DNA of 64,000 bases from Candidatus Micrarchaeota archaeon (lineage in GTDB: Archaea; Micrarchaeota; Micrarchaeia; Micrarchaeales; CABMGC01). Shown piece by piece: positions 16,379-25,954 of this stretch. Where the stretch lies: positions 12,327-76,326 of the forward strand of contig JAKAWC010000001.1 of the NCBI GenBank assembly GCA_021817125.1, read 5' to 3'. Below the pieces are notes generated by a model. The model worked only from the letters and a program-made list of their open reading frames with translations, had not been told where the DNA came from and did not search any database. The position numbers and the translations under genes were made by a program. The first letter of the stretch is position 1. Every line of letters begins with the position of its first letter.

Positions 16379-18130
16379 ATGGAAATCCTGGATTATGATG
16401 TCGTCATCCTGGGAAGCGGGATAGCTGGCTTCTCGGCAGCGGTCCATGCAAGCCACGCCTCCGAGGGGAAGGCGAGGGTCGCAGTCATATCGAAGCTCCA
16501 CGCCATGCGGAGCCACTCCGTTGCCGCCGAGGGAGGCCTCTCCGGCGTGCTGCATCCGAAGAAGGGGAGAGACACCCTTGACTCACACGCTTACGACACA
16601 GTGAAAGGATCGGACTTCCTTGCGGATCAGGATGCGGTCGAGGAGCTCGTCAAGCACGCACCCGAGGAAATAAAGTTCTTCGAGCACCTTGGAGTGCCGT
16701 GGCACAGAGAGGATAACGGAGACGTAAGCGCGAGGGCGTTCGGAGGCATGTCGACCCCGAGGACGGTATTCGCTGAGGACAAGACAGGATTCTTCATGAT
16801 GCGTGCCCTGTACGATGAGATAACCAGCCTCAAGAACGTCGACATATTCCACGAGCATTTCGCCACGAAGCTCATGCTGCACAAGAACAGGTTCCTTGGG
16901 ATCTATACTATCGATCTGGGAGATGGTTCTGCGAGAGTCTTCTCTGGGAAGTCGTGCATAATAGCGACAGGGGGGTTTTCCAGGATCTTCTCGTTCACCA
17001 CCACATCCCACTCCTGCACCGGTGACGGGATTGCACTCGCGTACGAGGCGGGGCTCCCGCTCAAGGACATGGAGTTCACCCAGTTCCACCCGACAGCGAT
17101 GGTGCCCAGCGGCATACTGATAACAGAAGCAGCGAGAGGAGAGGGAGGATACCTGAAGGACAAGAGGGGCGACCGCTTCATGTCCAACTACGCGAAGAGC
17201 GTGATGGAGTTGGCACCGAGAGACATAGTCTCGCGCGCAATCGTCACCGAGATCGCGAGAGGGAACGGCATCCTGCACAAGGAGTCTGGGTTGGAGTACG
17301 TGAACCTCGACCTTAGGCACCTCGGCGAGCAGACCCTTGACGAAAGACTGCCGATGATAAAGGAGATCGCGATGAAGATGCTCAACATAAACCCGAGCGA
17401 GGAACAGATACCTGTCAGGCCTGCCGCCCACTTTACCATGGGCGGGATACACACAGATATAGATGGACAGGTGCAGCGGGCTGACGGAAAGGGTGGGGTC
17501 GACGGGCTCTGGGCTGCCGGGGAGGCGGGATGCGTAAGTGTCCACGGAGCCAACAGGCTCGGCAGCAACTCGCTCAGCCAGTGCGCCGTGTGGGGCAGAA
17601 AGACGGGATACGCGGCGGCAAAGCACGCCCGCAGAACAAAGGCCGGGAAGGAAGAGTACGGAAGAATGTTCGAGAAGCAGGTAGAAAGGGAGAGAGGGAG
17701 GCTTGCCGCATTGATGGGAAGGGAAGATGGCGTGGACCCGTATGCGCTGAGGGATGGGATGTACGAGGTAACGGGAAGGTATCTCTACGTTTATAGGAAC
17801 ATGAGAGGCATGAGAGCGGCGAAGAAGGCGCTGTCCAGGCTCAAAGCTATGCTCCCGAGGATGGTTGTAAGGGACAAATCCCAGATATACAACACCAACC
17901 TGAGGGACACACTTGAGATAAACAACCTCATCAGGTTGGCCGACATCGTAGCTGCATGCGCCATGCGGAGAAAGGAGAGCCGGGGGGCGCACGCGGTGCG
18001 CGAGCATCCGAAGAGGGACGACGCGAACTGGCTCAAGCATACCCTCATTTACAACTCTATCTTCGGGCAGAGGGTGACGTACTCGCCTGTCAAGATAACG
18101 AAGTGGACGCCCGTTGAGAGGCATTACTAG
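16379..18130 (+). CDS. sdhA: Succinate dehydrogenase/fumarate reductase flavoprotein subunit
   Basis: FAD motif YDVVILGSGIAGFSAA, then FHPTAM, RGEGG, and C-terminal RESRGAHAVRE. 583 aa. Confidence 0.9.
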   Translation: MEILDYDVVILGSGIAGFSAAVHASHASEGKARVAVISKLHAMRSHSVAAEGGLSGVLHPKKGRDTLDSHAYDTVKGSDFLADQDAVEELVKHAPEEIKFFEHLGVPWHREDNGDVSARAFGGMSTPRTVFAEDKTGFFMMRALYDEITSLKNVDIFHEHFATKLMLHKNRFLGIYTIDLGDGSARVFSGKSCIIATGGFSRIFSFTTTSHSCTGDGIALAYEAGLPLKDMEFTQFHPTAMVPSGILITEAARGEGGYLKDKRGDRFMSNYAKSVMELAPRDIVSRAIVTEIARGNGILHKESGLEYVNLDLRHLGEQTLDERLPMIKEIAMKMLNINPSEEQIPVRPAAHFTMGGIHTDIDGQVQRADGKGGVDGLWAAGEAGCVSVHGANRLGSNSLSQCAVWGRKTGYAAAKHARRTKAGKEEYGRMFEKQVERERGRLAALMGREDGVDPYALRDGMYEVTGRYLYVYRNMRGMRAAKKALSRLKAMLPRMVVRDKSQIYNTNLRDTLEINNLIRLADIVAACAMRRKESRGAHAVREHPKRDDANWLKHTLIYNSIFGQRVTYSPVKITKWTPVERHY

Positions 18131-18138
18131 GCGAGAGC

Positions 18139-18549
18139 ATGAAGGAGACGTTTGATCCGAGAGGAAGGCAATCGAGCATATTCAGGCTGGCAGCGTTCGA
18201 CAAGGAGGGACTGCTGCACGCTGTGACGATAAGGATCCTGACCTTTGTGGCGCTCGTGGCTGCGGCGGTCATGCTGCTCAATCTGTGGCTCGGCATATTC
18301 ACTAGCGAGTACAAGCTGCTGCTGGTCGTTGTCTGGGTGCTTATAACGCCGCAGCTATTCGAGCTGGCGACAGGTATGGCAATGATGGCGACAAGGGGTA
18401 TGGTGTTCGGTCACCTGAACAAGGCGTGGCTTGACTCAGTGAAGTACCGGGACAAGAGGAATTACTCATTGTACGAGGCCGTTCCGTATGTGGTGCTCGT
18501 TATCTGGCTCGGTCTCTTTGCTGCGTTGGTCGGGGTGTGGTTCGCATGA
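18139..18549 (+). CDS. 3-TM membrane protein inserted between sdhA and sdhB (candidate anchor subunit)
   Basis: 136 aa with three hydrophobic helices. The stop overlaps the next start (ATGA 18546-18549). Confidence 0.55.
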   Translation: MKETFDPRGRQSSIFRLAAFDKEGLLHAVTIRILTFVALVAAAVMLLNLWLGIFTSEYKLLLVVVWVLITPQLFELATGMAMMATRGMVFGHLNKAWLDSVKYRDKRNYSLYEAVPYVVLVIWLGLFAALVGVWFA

Positions 18550-19547
18550 GGGGTCACTCTCTGATGATTTTCGAATACGCGGCCATGGTGGGTATACCCG
18601 TCCTGCTTGCGCTTACCGCTGTGGCTTACCTGGTATCTTTGACTGCGGCTTACCTTCCACTGGCGATCGTGCTGATGCTGGCTTTGTTCACTTACGGCAT
18701 TACGAGTTTCATCGAGATATACGCACACCGGCAGCCTGGGACGAACAGAATTGCGCTCAGGACCAGCGTTGTCGAGGGGTTTATAGGAGAGACAGAAGTG
18801 CGTGAGAAAGGAATGCGTATGCTCACCTTTAAGGTGAAAAGGTTCGATCGGGGAGACAGAGTCCTCAAAGAGTACACTTACAATGTCGCTGTTGACAAGT
18901 TTATGAGCGTGCTGGATGGGCTCTTGGGGATCAAGGACCGCATCGACCCTTCGCTGTCTATGAGATACAGCTGCAGAATGGGGATTTGTGGATCCTGTGG
19001 AATGGTCGTCAACGGGAAGCCGGCGCTGGCGTGTGAGACCAACGCAATCGCAGCCGCAAGGGAGGGCACCGTGGATGTCGGGCCCATGGAAGGCCATCAG
19101 CTGCTAAAGGACCTGGTTCCTGACTTCGACGATTTCTTCGAGAAGCATAAGTCAGTGGAGCCGCACCTCTTTAGGAACAACGCCATCGAAAAGTACAATG
19201 CGAACCGAGTCTACAAGCAGAACATGGAGCAGGAGAACAAGTTCCTGCCGTCATCGTTCTGCATAATGTGCGGACTGTGCATGGATGCCTGCCCCGTGGT
19301 GAACTCCAATCCGAATTTCATCGGGCCGCAGGCGCTGTCGCAGGCGTACAGATACCGCAACGATAACAGGGACCAGATGGGGGGCAAGAGGCTGGACCTC
19401 ATTGATACGCTTGAAGGAGTCTGGGGGTGCGAGTTCATTGGCGCATGCTCGGAGGCATGCCCTAAGGGCGTCGACCCTGCGCTCTCGATCCAGCTGCTTA
19501 AGTCCGACATAATGGCCTCCGGATTTCTGGGTAAAGACGACGACTGA
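18546..19547 (+). CDS. sdhB: Succinate dehydrogenase/fumarate reductase Fe-S subunit with N-terminal 2-TM extension
   Basis: 2Fe-2S SCRMGICGSCG...AC, 4Fe-4S CIMCGLCMDACP, third cluster CEFIGACSEACP. These are preceded in-frame by about 90 aa containing two hydrophobic helices. Confidence 0.8.
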   Translation: MRGHSLMIFEYAAMVGIPVLLALTAVAYLVSLTAAYLPLAIVLMLALFTYGITSFIEIYAHRQPGTNRIALRTSVVEGFIGETEVREKGMRMLTFKVKRFDRGDRVLKEYTYNVAVDKFMSVLDGLLGIKDRIDPSLSMRYSCRMGICGSCGMVVNGKPALACETNAIAAAREGTVDVGPMEGHQLLKDLVPDFDDFFEKHKSVEPHLFRNNAIEKYNANRVYKQNMEQENKFLPSSFCIMCGLCMDACPVVNSNPNFIGPQALSQAYRYRNDNRDQMGGKRLDLIDTLEGVWGCEFIGACSEACPKGVDPALSIQLLKSDIMASGFLGKDDD

Positions 19548-20450
19548 TTATGGCGCAGTGTATGCGTTGGTCCATACTCCAGTGTAGCTAATACCGCTTA
19601 TCGCATTCCCACTGTAGCCATTCCCGCTGTAGTCGTTCGCGTTGCCGTTGAGCGGATACCATGCCACAAGGTACTGTGGTGATATAGGCTGACCGCCTAT
19701 CCCTTCCAGGTACAACGAATTTACCGCAGAAGGCGAGAACGAGGTGTTGTAAATCTGAATGTTTGCTATCTGCCCATTGAAGTCGTTGCCGCTGCTGGTG
19801 CAAGCCCAGTACTGCCCTATGCAGATATATGTACCAGTGGCTTGCAGGTAATTCCCTGAGGCATGGTTGTTATCCGGCGCCCCATTCAGATAAATATTCT
19901 TATAGTTCGTTTGCAGGTCGTAGGTGAATGCGGCGAAGTACCACGTATTGTCATTTAGTGCGTGCGTTCCGCCGAGGTCATCACCATAAAATCCCATGTA
20001 CAGGAAGTCATTTCTAACGACGAGATGCAGGCAGTAGTCGGTGACGCAGGTGGGTGAGAAGTCACCGAGTATTACCTGGTCGGATATCCCACTCAACTCT
20101 TTCAGCTGTGCCCCATTTATCCAGGCGGTTACTGTAAAGCTGTGGTGGTTCAATGCAGTATTTATAGCGGAGGGTACTGTGATTATGCTCGACTGGCCAT
20201 TGAATTGTGCTACCGTTTCTGGCAGCTGCCCCTGGCACGTTCCGGAGAAGAATTCCCCTGTTATGATTAGCGGTCCATCGGGTCTTACCAACGAGCACGA
20301 ACCAGGCTGTGCCTTTGGGGTCAGAGAGAATGACTGAAGGAACCCGAGCTGGTATATCGCGCCCAGCACTACTGCTATTATTATTATCGCCCACCCATAG
20401 GTCATGAGGTACTCCATGGCGGACTGGCCCTTCATCTTGAGACGGTGCAT
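19548..20450 (-). CDS. Class III signal peptide (archaeal pilin-like) protein with LamG/ConA-like domain
   Basis: N-terminus MKGQSAMEYLMTYGWAIIIIAVVLGAI. C-terminal FNGQIANIQIYNTSFSPSAVNSLY is LamG-like. Alternative start ATG 20435. Confidence 0.7.
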   Translation of the reverse strand: MHRLKMKGQSAMEYLMTYGWAIIIIAVVLGAIYQLGFLQSFSLTPKAQPGSCSLVRPDGPLIITGEFFSGTCQGQLPETVAQFNGQSSIITVPSAINTALNHHSFTVTAWINGAQLKELSGISDQVILGDFSPTCVTDYCLHLVVRNDFLYMGFYGDDLGGTHALNDNTWYFAAFTYDLQTNYKNIYLNGAPDNNHASGNYLQATGTYICIGQYWACTSSGNDFNGQIANIQIYNTSFSPSAVNSLYLEGIGGQPISPQYLVAWYPLNGNANDYSGNGYSGNAISGISYTGVWTNAYTAP

Positions 20451-20477
20451 CGTAATCAGATAGAATTCAAGGCTCAG

Positions 20478-20487
20478 CTATTTAATC
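20478..20487. promoter_or_regulatory. Central A/T box CTATTTAATC in 57-bp divergent spacer
   Basis: About 26 nt from ATG 20508 (plus) and about 30 nt from ATG 20450 (minus). Confidence 0.4.
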
Positions 20488-20507
20488 TTATTCAGGTATA
20501 TTTTGTT

Positions 20508-21890
20508 ATGGGGACATACAGGAAGGAGAGCGACGTTCTCGGCAGCGTAAGGGTGCCGGGCAGCGCATATTATGGCTCTGAGACGCAGCGCGCTGTGGAC
20601 AACTTTCCCATCTCAGGGATCATGGTTGACAAGGGGTTCATCCATTCTTATGTGATGCTCAAGCGAGCTGCAGCAATAGCGAACTTGGCAACAGGAAAGC
20701 TGGACGGTCGCACCGGGAAGGCGATTATCAGGGCCTGCGATGAGCTGCTAGCCGGAAAGTTTTTGGACCAGTTTGTGGTCGACGTCTTCCAGGCTGGCGC
20801 AGGCACTAGCGTGAACATGAACGTCAACGAGGTTCTCGCCAACCGCGCCATAGAGCTACTCGGTGGAAGGAGAGGGGACTATAAACGGGTGCACCCGAAC
20901 GACCACGTCAACATGTCCCAGTCAACGAATGATACTTACCATGCGACGATACACATCTCGGCACATATCGCCATAGATAATGAGCTTCTGCCTGCGCTGT
21001 TTGGGCTGAGCTCCGCACTGCACAAGAAGGCGAGGGAGTTTTCCAGTATAGTCAAGGTGGGCAGGACGCACCTGCAAGATGCGGTTCCGATGACCCTAGG
21101 ACAGGAATTCTCCGGATACGCCAAGTCCGTAGACGAGGTGACTGCTGCACTTGGCGCCGCTAGCTCGAAGCTTCTCGTAATCCCTCTCGGAGGCACCGCG
21201 ATAGGCACAGGCCTGAATGCATCAAAGGCATACGCGTCCAGGGTCGTGGTCGAGCTGCAGAAAATGACCAAGGAGAAGTTCAGGCTTGCGCCTAACAACT
21301 TCGCTGCGCAGTCGAGCCAGAGAGAGGAGCTTGCTGCCAGCGACGCACTGAAGGAGGTCGCCGTTGCACTTGACAAGATAGCCAATGACTTCCGCATCCT
21401 GACGTCCGGACCCCGTGCAGGCATCCATGAACTTATACTTCCGGAGGTCCAGCCTGGCTCATCCATAATGCCGGGCAAGATAAACCCGAGCATGGCGGAG
21501 ATGCTTAACATGGTCTGCTTCCAGGTCATGGGTGCGAACGCCATCATCGAAAGAGCTGCCGACTCCGGCCAGCTTGAGCTGAACGTCTTCATGCCCGTCA
21601 TAACTTTCAACCTCCTCTTCTCAATAAGGATACTGACGAATGCGGTTGGTGCATTCACGAAGAAGTGCGTGAACGGAGTCAAGGCGAACAAGGATGCGAT
21701 AAGGGAGCACCTCGAGCGGGATCTTTCGATAGTCACAGCGCTCTCGCCGTATGTAGGGTACGCGAGGGCGGCCCAGCTCGCGCGCATTGCATACAAGAAG
21801 AACAAGAACATCAAGCAGGTGGCGATGGAGCTAAAGATCCTTGATGGACCTACACTGGACAAGATACTGGATCCTAAGGGGCAGGTCTAG
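20508..21890 (+). CDS. Class II fumarate hydratase / aspartate ammonia-lyase family enzyme (subtype unresolved)
   Basis: GSSIMPGKINP signature loop. QAGAGTSVNMN and SQSTNDTY resemble AspA, while MPGK and LANRAIELLGG resemble FumC. Start at internal ATG 20508. Confidence 0.85.
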   Translation: MGTYRKESDVLGSVRVPGSAYYGSETQRAVDNFPISGIMVDKGFIHSYVMLKRAAAIANLATGKLDGRTGKAIIRACDELLAGKFLDQFVVDVFQAGAGTSVNMNVNEVLANRAIELLGGRRGDYKRVHPNDHVNMSQSTNDTYHATIHISAHIAIDNELLPALFGLSSALHKKAREFSSIVKVGRTHLQDAVPMTLGQEFSGYAKSVDEVTAALGAASSKLLVIPLGGTAIGTGLNASKAYASRVVVELQKMTKEKFRLAPNNFAAQSSQREELAASDALKEVAVALDKIANDFRILTSGPRAGIHELILPEVQPGSSIMPGKINPSMAEMLNMVCFQVMGANAIIERAADSGQLELNVFMPVITFNLLFSIRILTNAVGAFTKKCVNGVKANKDAIREHLERDLSIVTALSPYVGYARAAQLARIAYKKNKNIKQVAMELKILDGPTLDKILDPKGQV

Positions 21891-23168
21891 CTACTTGAGC
21901 GCCTTCTTCTCGATTCTCATGTACCTCTTTATCAGGAATGCAGTGTGCTTTCTTACTTCGTCCTTGTTGACGTGCACACGCGCCACACCTGTCCTCACTG
22001 CCGCATAAGCGACAGCAGATGCCACATTCGACACCGTCTTTATTGCCAATTTATGGTCGATGGGATCTGGGATTATGTATTCTGGACTGAGCCTCCTTCC
22101 GACCCCCTTTGCTATCTCAAGTGCGGCATCGTATAATATCTCGGAGTTGACATGCTTTGCCCGCGCATCGAGCAGGCCCCGCATTATGCCAGGAAATGCG
22201 AGCAGGTTGTTGACCTGGTTCGGGTTGCTGCTGCTTCCGGTTGCCACTATGTATGCCCCTGCGTCCCTCGCTTCCGTGTATTCTATCTCCGGCAGAGGGT
22301 TCGCAAGCGCGAAGACTATCGGTTTGCTGGCCATGCTGTGGATCATCCCCAGGGAAAACGCGCCGCGCTGAGACACGCCTATCAGGACGTCGGCGCCTTT
22401 CGCCGCCTCCGCGAGGTCGCCATGTTTTCCATCGGTGTTGGTGTATGCTGCTATCTCCTCCTTGAACTCGTTCATGTTCTCCTTTCGCCCCTTGTAGACC
22501 AGGCCGGCGGAGTCGACAACGTACAGGTGCGTGAACTTTGCATGGTGCAGTAGCTTTGTTATGCCAATTCCCGCAGAGCCCGATCCATTTATCACGACCT
22601 TCACTTCACCTCTCTTCTTACCGACCAGCTTGAGTGCATTGAGAAGCCCCGCCAGCACGACGACAGCCGTGCCCTCCTGGTCATCGTGAAATACGGGTAT
22701 GTCGAGCATGTCGGACAGTCTCCTGACTATCCTCAGACTCTTGGGAGCCTCTATGTCCTCGATATTGACCGCACCGAAAGTCGGTGCTATGTCCTTTACG
22801 AGCTCTATAATCTTGTTCTCGTCCGTGGTGCTTACGCAGAGCGGCACAGCGTCGACAGCGCCGTATCTCTTGAAGAGCATCGCCTTGCCTTCCATCACCG
22901 GGAGACCGGCCTTTGGCCCTATGTTCCCGAGGCCGAGTATCCTAGTCCCGTCAGAGACTATTGCTATCGTGTTCGCCTTGCCAGTGTAGTCGTAGACCAG
23001 GTCCCCGTTCTCTTTTATTGCCTCGCTGACGAATGCGACCCCAGGCGTGTAAAAAGTCGCAAGATCGTCCCTCGTCGCTATCCTTACTTTCGCGAGTATT
23101 TCGTACTTGCCATTTGCCTTCCTGTTTGCTTCCAGTACTGACTCTTTGTTTACCATCTTACGACACAC
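21891..23168 (-). CDS. NAD(P)-dependent malic enzyme (short form)
   Basis: FYTPGVA, VVINGSGSAGIG Rossmann motif, LANPLPEI. GTG 23168 or ATG 23156 as start. Confidence 0.85.
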   Translation of the reverse strand: MCRKMVNKESVLEANRKANGKYEILAKVRIATRDDLATFYTPGVAFVSEAIKENGDLVYDYTGKANTIAIVSDGTRILGLGNIGPKAGLPVMEGKAMLFKRYGAVDAVPLCVSTTDENKIIELVKDIAPTFGAVNIEDIEAPKSLRIVRRLSDMLDIPVFHDDQEGTAVVVLAGLLNALKLVGKKRGEVKVVINGSGSAGIGITKLLHHAKFTHLYVVDSAGLVYKGRKENMNEFKEEIAAYTNTDGKHGDLAEAAKGADVLIGVSQRGAFSLGMIHSMASKPIVFALANPLPEIEYTEARDAGAYIVATGSSSNPNQVNNLLAFPGIMRGLLDARAKHVNSEILYDAALEIAKGVGRRLSPEYIIPDPIDHKLAIKTVSNVASAVAYAAVRTGVARVHVNKDEVRKHTAFLIKRYMRIEKKALK

Positions 23169-25058
23169 TCAGCCAACGAACGTCGGCCTCTTTGACAGTT
23201 GCATCTGCAGGGTCAGCTTGGTCTTCGGCATGCCCCTAGTCCTGTCATTTATCTCCTTCACCAGGGCATCGGCACCCATGCTCTTCTGGGCCTTGTCCTC
23301 TCGTGTCCTGACAGCGAGCTGACCCGATGCCATCTCCGTCTCACCCAGGACGCAGATGTAGGGAATCCATTCAAGTTCAGCCTCCCTCACCTTCTTGTTG
23401 AGTTTCTCATCGCTGTCATCGACGTCGACCCGTATCCCCTGCGCGGTCATTGCTTTCGCCACCTCTATCGCCTTGTCGACGTACTTCTCGGATATGGGAA
23501 CTATCCTCGCCTGCACAGGAGTAAGCCATAGGGGGAAAGAGGTAACCCTCCCCTCCTTCTCTCTCATCGCATTGAGCTCAAGCATCGAGTATATGACCCT
23601 CTCGATCGCACCGCTCGCGGAGCAGTGGAGTATCGTGGGCCTCTTCTTCTGCCCGTCTTTGTCCACGTACGACAGCTTGTACCTTTCGGCGTTCTCATGA
23701 TCGATCTGGACCGTCGAGAGGGCTGCCGCCTTGCCCATCGTGTCGATCACATTGAATTCAAACTTCGGGTCGAAGTAAGCATACCTGAATGACCAGGTCT
23801 CTATAAGCGCAGGCTTCTTCAGTTTGTCCCTTACTATGGACTTCACAAAATCCGTGTTCTCTTTCCAGAACTGTTCGGTGAACCTTATCGCCGCTTCGTA
23901 ATCATCCGCCATTATCCCCAGGGACGAGAGCACATTCTGGCAGAAGCTGAACTGGCTGAAGAACTCCCCCTTTGCTTTCTCCTCGTCGGCACACATCGTG
24001 TGCATATCCGGCATCGTAAACGCGCGGAGCCGTCTCAGCCCGGCGAGCTCTCCGCTCTTCTCGCGCCTGAAGCTATACCTTGCAAGCTCATAGACTTTGA
24101 ACGGAAGCTGCTTGTACGAGATTGTGGCGTCATGCATCATGAGGAACTGTCCGAAGCATGCGGCGAACCTGAGGAAGAAGTCCTTCTCATCCGACTTCAC
24201 TATGTAGTGCCTTGCCGGGAACCTGGAAAGATAGTCCTTGAGCGCAGGGTGCGAGTAGTCGTACATTATCGGAGTCTCAACCTCGACTGCGCCGTAGTCT
24301 ATAACGGAATCGGTGACAAACCTCTCGAGCAGGCTCTTCATCATCCTGCCGGCAGGATAGAACCTCATGTTGCCTGAATCCGACCCGGGTTCATAATCGA
24401 CGAGCTGAAGCTTGCGCATCATCTTTATATGCGGAGGCTCCTGCTGATAAGACCTCACCTTGGATATCTCATAATCGGCGAATTTCTTGAGGTTCTCGTG
24501 CCCCTTGAAGTCGAACTTATCCACAGGAGTCAGATTGCCTCCGGTGTCTAGTATATACCAAGTGGACTTTACTTTCTCCTCCTCCTTGAGTGCGTTGGAC
24601 TCTTCGATGGCATCCTTCTTTCCCGCAATACTCACTTCCTCGTTGCCCTTCCTGCTGTAGCTCCTTGACATCTCAGCAAGCGGGTGCCCCTTGACGTCAA
24701 GGTCGAGCTTCTTTGTCCAGCCGAAGGGTGCGGAGACCACCGCCAGACCTTTGTCGGCAGCTGCGGCCCTCATCGTCTTGAGTATCTCAAGAGCATCCTT
24801 CGGTGCCATTAGCTTCTCGCTGAGGTGCGCGAATGGATAGATGACAAGCGTGTTTATCTTCTGCTTCTTCGCAAAGTTGAGCGCGTCGCCTATCGCTTTC
24901 TCAGCGACAGCCTTGGTGTCCTCCTTTTCTATGGAAACGAAGACGACAAGTGCGTCCTTCACCGTAGTCTGCGTCCTGTCCGTGTCCTCAAACACCACAG
25001 CCTCTTGCTTGACGGGCTGGAAAGATATCTCGTTGACGTCTAGTTGCAGTACCTTCAT
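23169..25058 (-). CDS. thrS: Threonyl-tRNA synthetase, archaeal type with N-terminal editing domain
   Basis: N-terminal MKVLQLDVNEISFQP editing-domain pattern, class II core, C-terminal anticodon-binding domain (WLTPVQARIVPIS). Start at ATG 25058. Confidence 0.9.
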   Translation of the reverse strand: MKVLQLDVNEISFQPVKQEAVVFEDTDRTQTTVKDALVVFVSIEKEDTKAVAEKAIGDALNFAKKQKINTLVIYPFAHLSEKLMAPKDALEILKTMRAAAADKGLAVVSAPFGWTKKLDLDVKGHPLAEMSRSYSRKGNEEVSIAGKKDAIEESNALKEEEKVKSTWYILDTGGNLTPVDKFDFKGHENLKKFADYEISKVRSYQQEPPHIKMMRKLQLVDYEPGSDSGNMRFYPAGRMMKSLLERFVTDSVIDYGAVEVETPIMYDYSHPALKDYLSRFPARHYIVKSDEKDFFLRFAACFGQFLMMHDATISYKQLPFKVYELARYSFRREKSGELAGLRRLRAFTMPDMHTMCADEEKAKGEFFSQFSFCQNVLSSLGIMADDYEAAIRFTEQFWKENTDFVKSIVRDKLKKPALIETWSFRYAYFDPKFEFNVIDTMGKAAALSTVQIDHENAERYKLSYVDKDGQKKRPTILHCSASGAIERVIYSMLELNAMREKEGRVTSFPLWLTPVQARIVPISEKYVDKAIEVAKAMTAQGIRVDVDDSDEKLNKKVREAELEWIPYICVLGETEMASGQLAVRTREDKAQKSMGADALVKEINDRTRGMPKTKLTLQMQLSKRPTFVG

Positions 25059-25351
25059 CCTAACACGCATTGATGGAACGCTAAGCTCGGCTTAAACGCT
25101 CCATTTAGTATTATAAGAGAACATTTAATAGAATTAAGGGCTTCCCCGAGAGGAAGAATTGGCTCTAAGCACCGTAGCGGTGCGCTGGCGTTTGGAAGGA
25201 ACGACCTTTCATGCCATCACTTATAAGATCATTAACGGCACGCTCATATATAATGTTTCTGTACAAGCAACGCGGCACATCGGCTTGCGGGCAGGTAGGT
25301 ATAAAAAGGAGTTTATTTCCATCTCTTACGGTCTCGCAACAGGGTAGTGAT

Positions 25352-25873
25352 ATGGCAGCAACCAGGATAGCAGCACCGTACATACCGGTGTCTGAATATG
25401 GAGTACAGCAACGTGGGCAGGCGTTTAGGCTCGGGAGCCATACGGTTACGATAGCCACCATGAGGCATCTTGTAAACGTGTACGTAAGCAGAGATCCGGA
25501 AGGCAGGAACCCATCATTCTACACCGGGCTTGACGAAGAAATCCTGAGTTTTCATGTAAGCAATGTAGGCGGCGTTGGGGTGAAGTCTAATTTGGGACAG
25601 GAATACGGCGTGCTGCAGCGGGTCGCCTTGGGCGATAACCATGTATTCCCTACCGGCACGCTCTGGCGGGTGCTTGCGGCGAGCAGAAAGCGGTTCGATA
25701 ACCTGCTTGAAGATGGCAGCAACCCACTCGTATGGGCTGCACGCGAGGATTTTGATGCGGTTCTGGCTATGCTAAGCGCAGGCGAGTCAGGGACGACGAC
25801 AATTATGAACGTATCCGCATGGGACCTGCCGAGAGAAGGCGCACTTAGGGCGGTATACAGGAAGCGCGAATGA
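25352..25873 (+). CDS. Hypothetical protein
   Basis: 173 aa from internal ATG 25352 (MAATRIAAPYIP...). No motif recognised. A/T box GGTATAAAAAGG lies about 45 nt upstream. Confidence 0.45.
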   Translation: MAATRIAAPYIPVSEYGVQQRGQAFRLGSHTVTIATMRHLVNVYVSRDPEGRNPSFYTGLDEEILSFHVSNVGGVGVKSNLGQEYGVLQRVALGDNHVFPTGTLWRVLAASRKRFDNLLEDGSNPLVWAAREDFDAVLAMLSAGESGTTTIMNVSAWDLPREGALRAVYRKRE

Positions 25874-25954
25874 GCAGCGGCGAGCCGCTGACTTAACCTA
25901 TCCCTGTGCGCGCATCGACGTTGCGTATTTGATACGTCATTAAGAGAGCGCGTG

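Noticed and set aside
16583-18124. 513-aa ORF on the minus strand
   Set aside because: It is antisense to sdhA, whose product carries unmistakable flavoprotein motifs. The product is Arg/Pro/Leu-rich, which is typical of a shadow frame.
20936-21862. 308-aa minus-strand ORF
   Set aside because: It is antisense to the fumarase/aspartase-family gene.
25090-25351. Possible ncRNA in the ~260-bp non-coding stretch between thrS and the next gene (small hairpin CTTCC-CCGAGAG-GGAAG at ~25141-25157)
   Set aside because: I could not fold it into any recognisable RNA (SRP, RNase P, snoRNA boxes). It is more simply two promoter regions. A covariance-model scan (Rfam) would be needed.
25875-25890. 7-bp hairpin CAGCGGC-GA-GCCGCTG just after the stop of 25352..25873
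   Set aside because: It is not followed by a T-run, so it is too weak to call a terminator.
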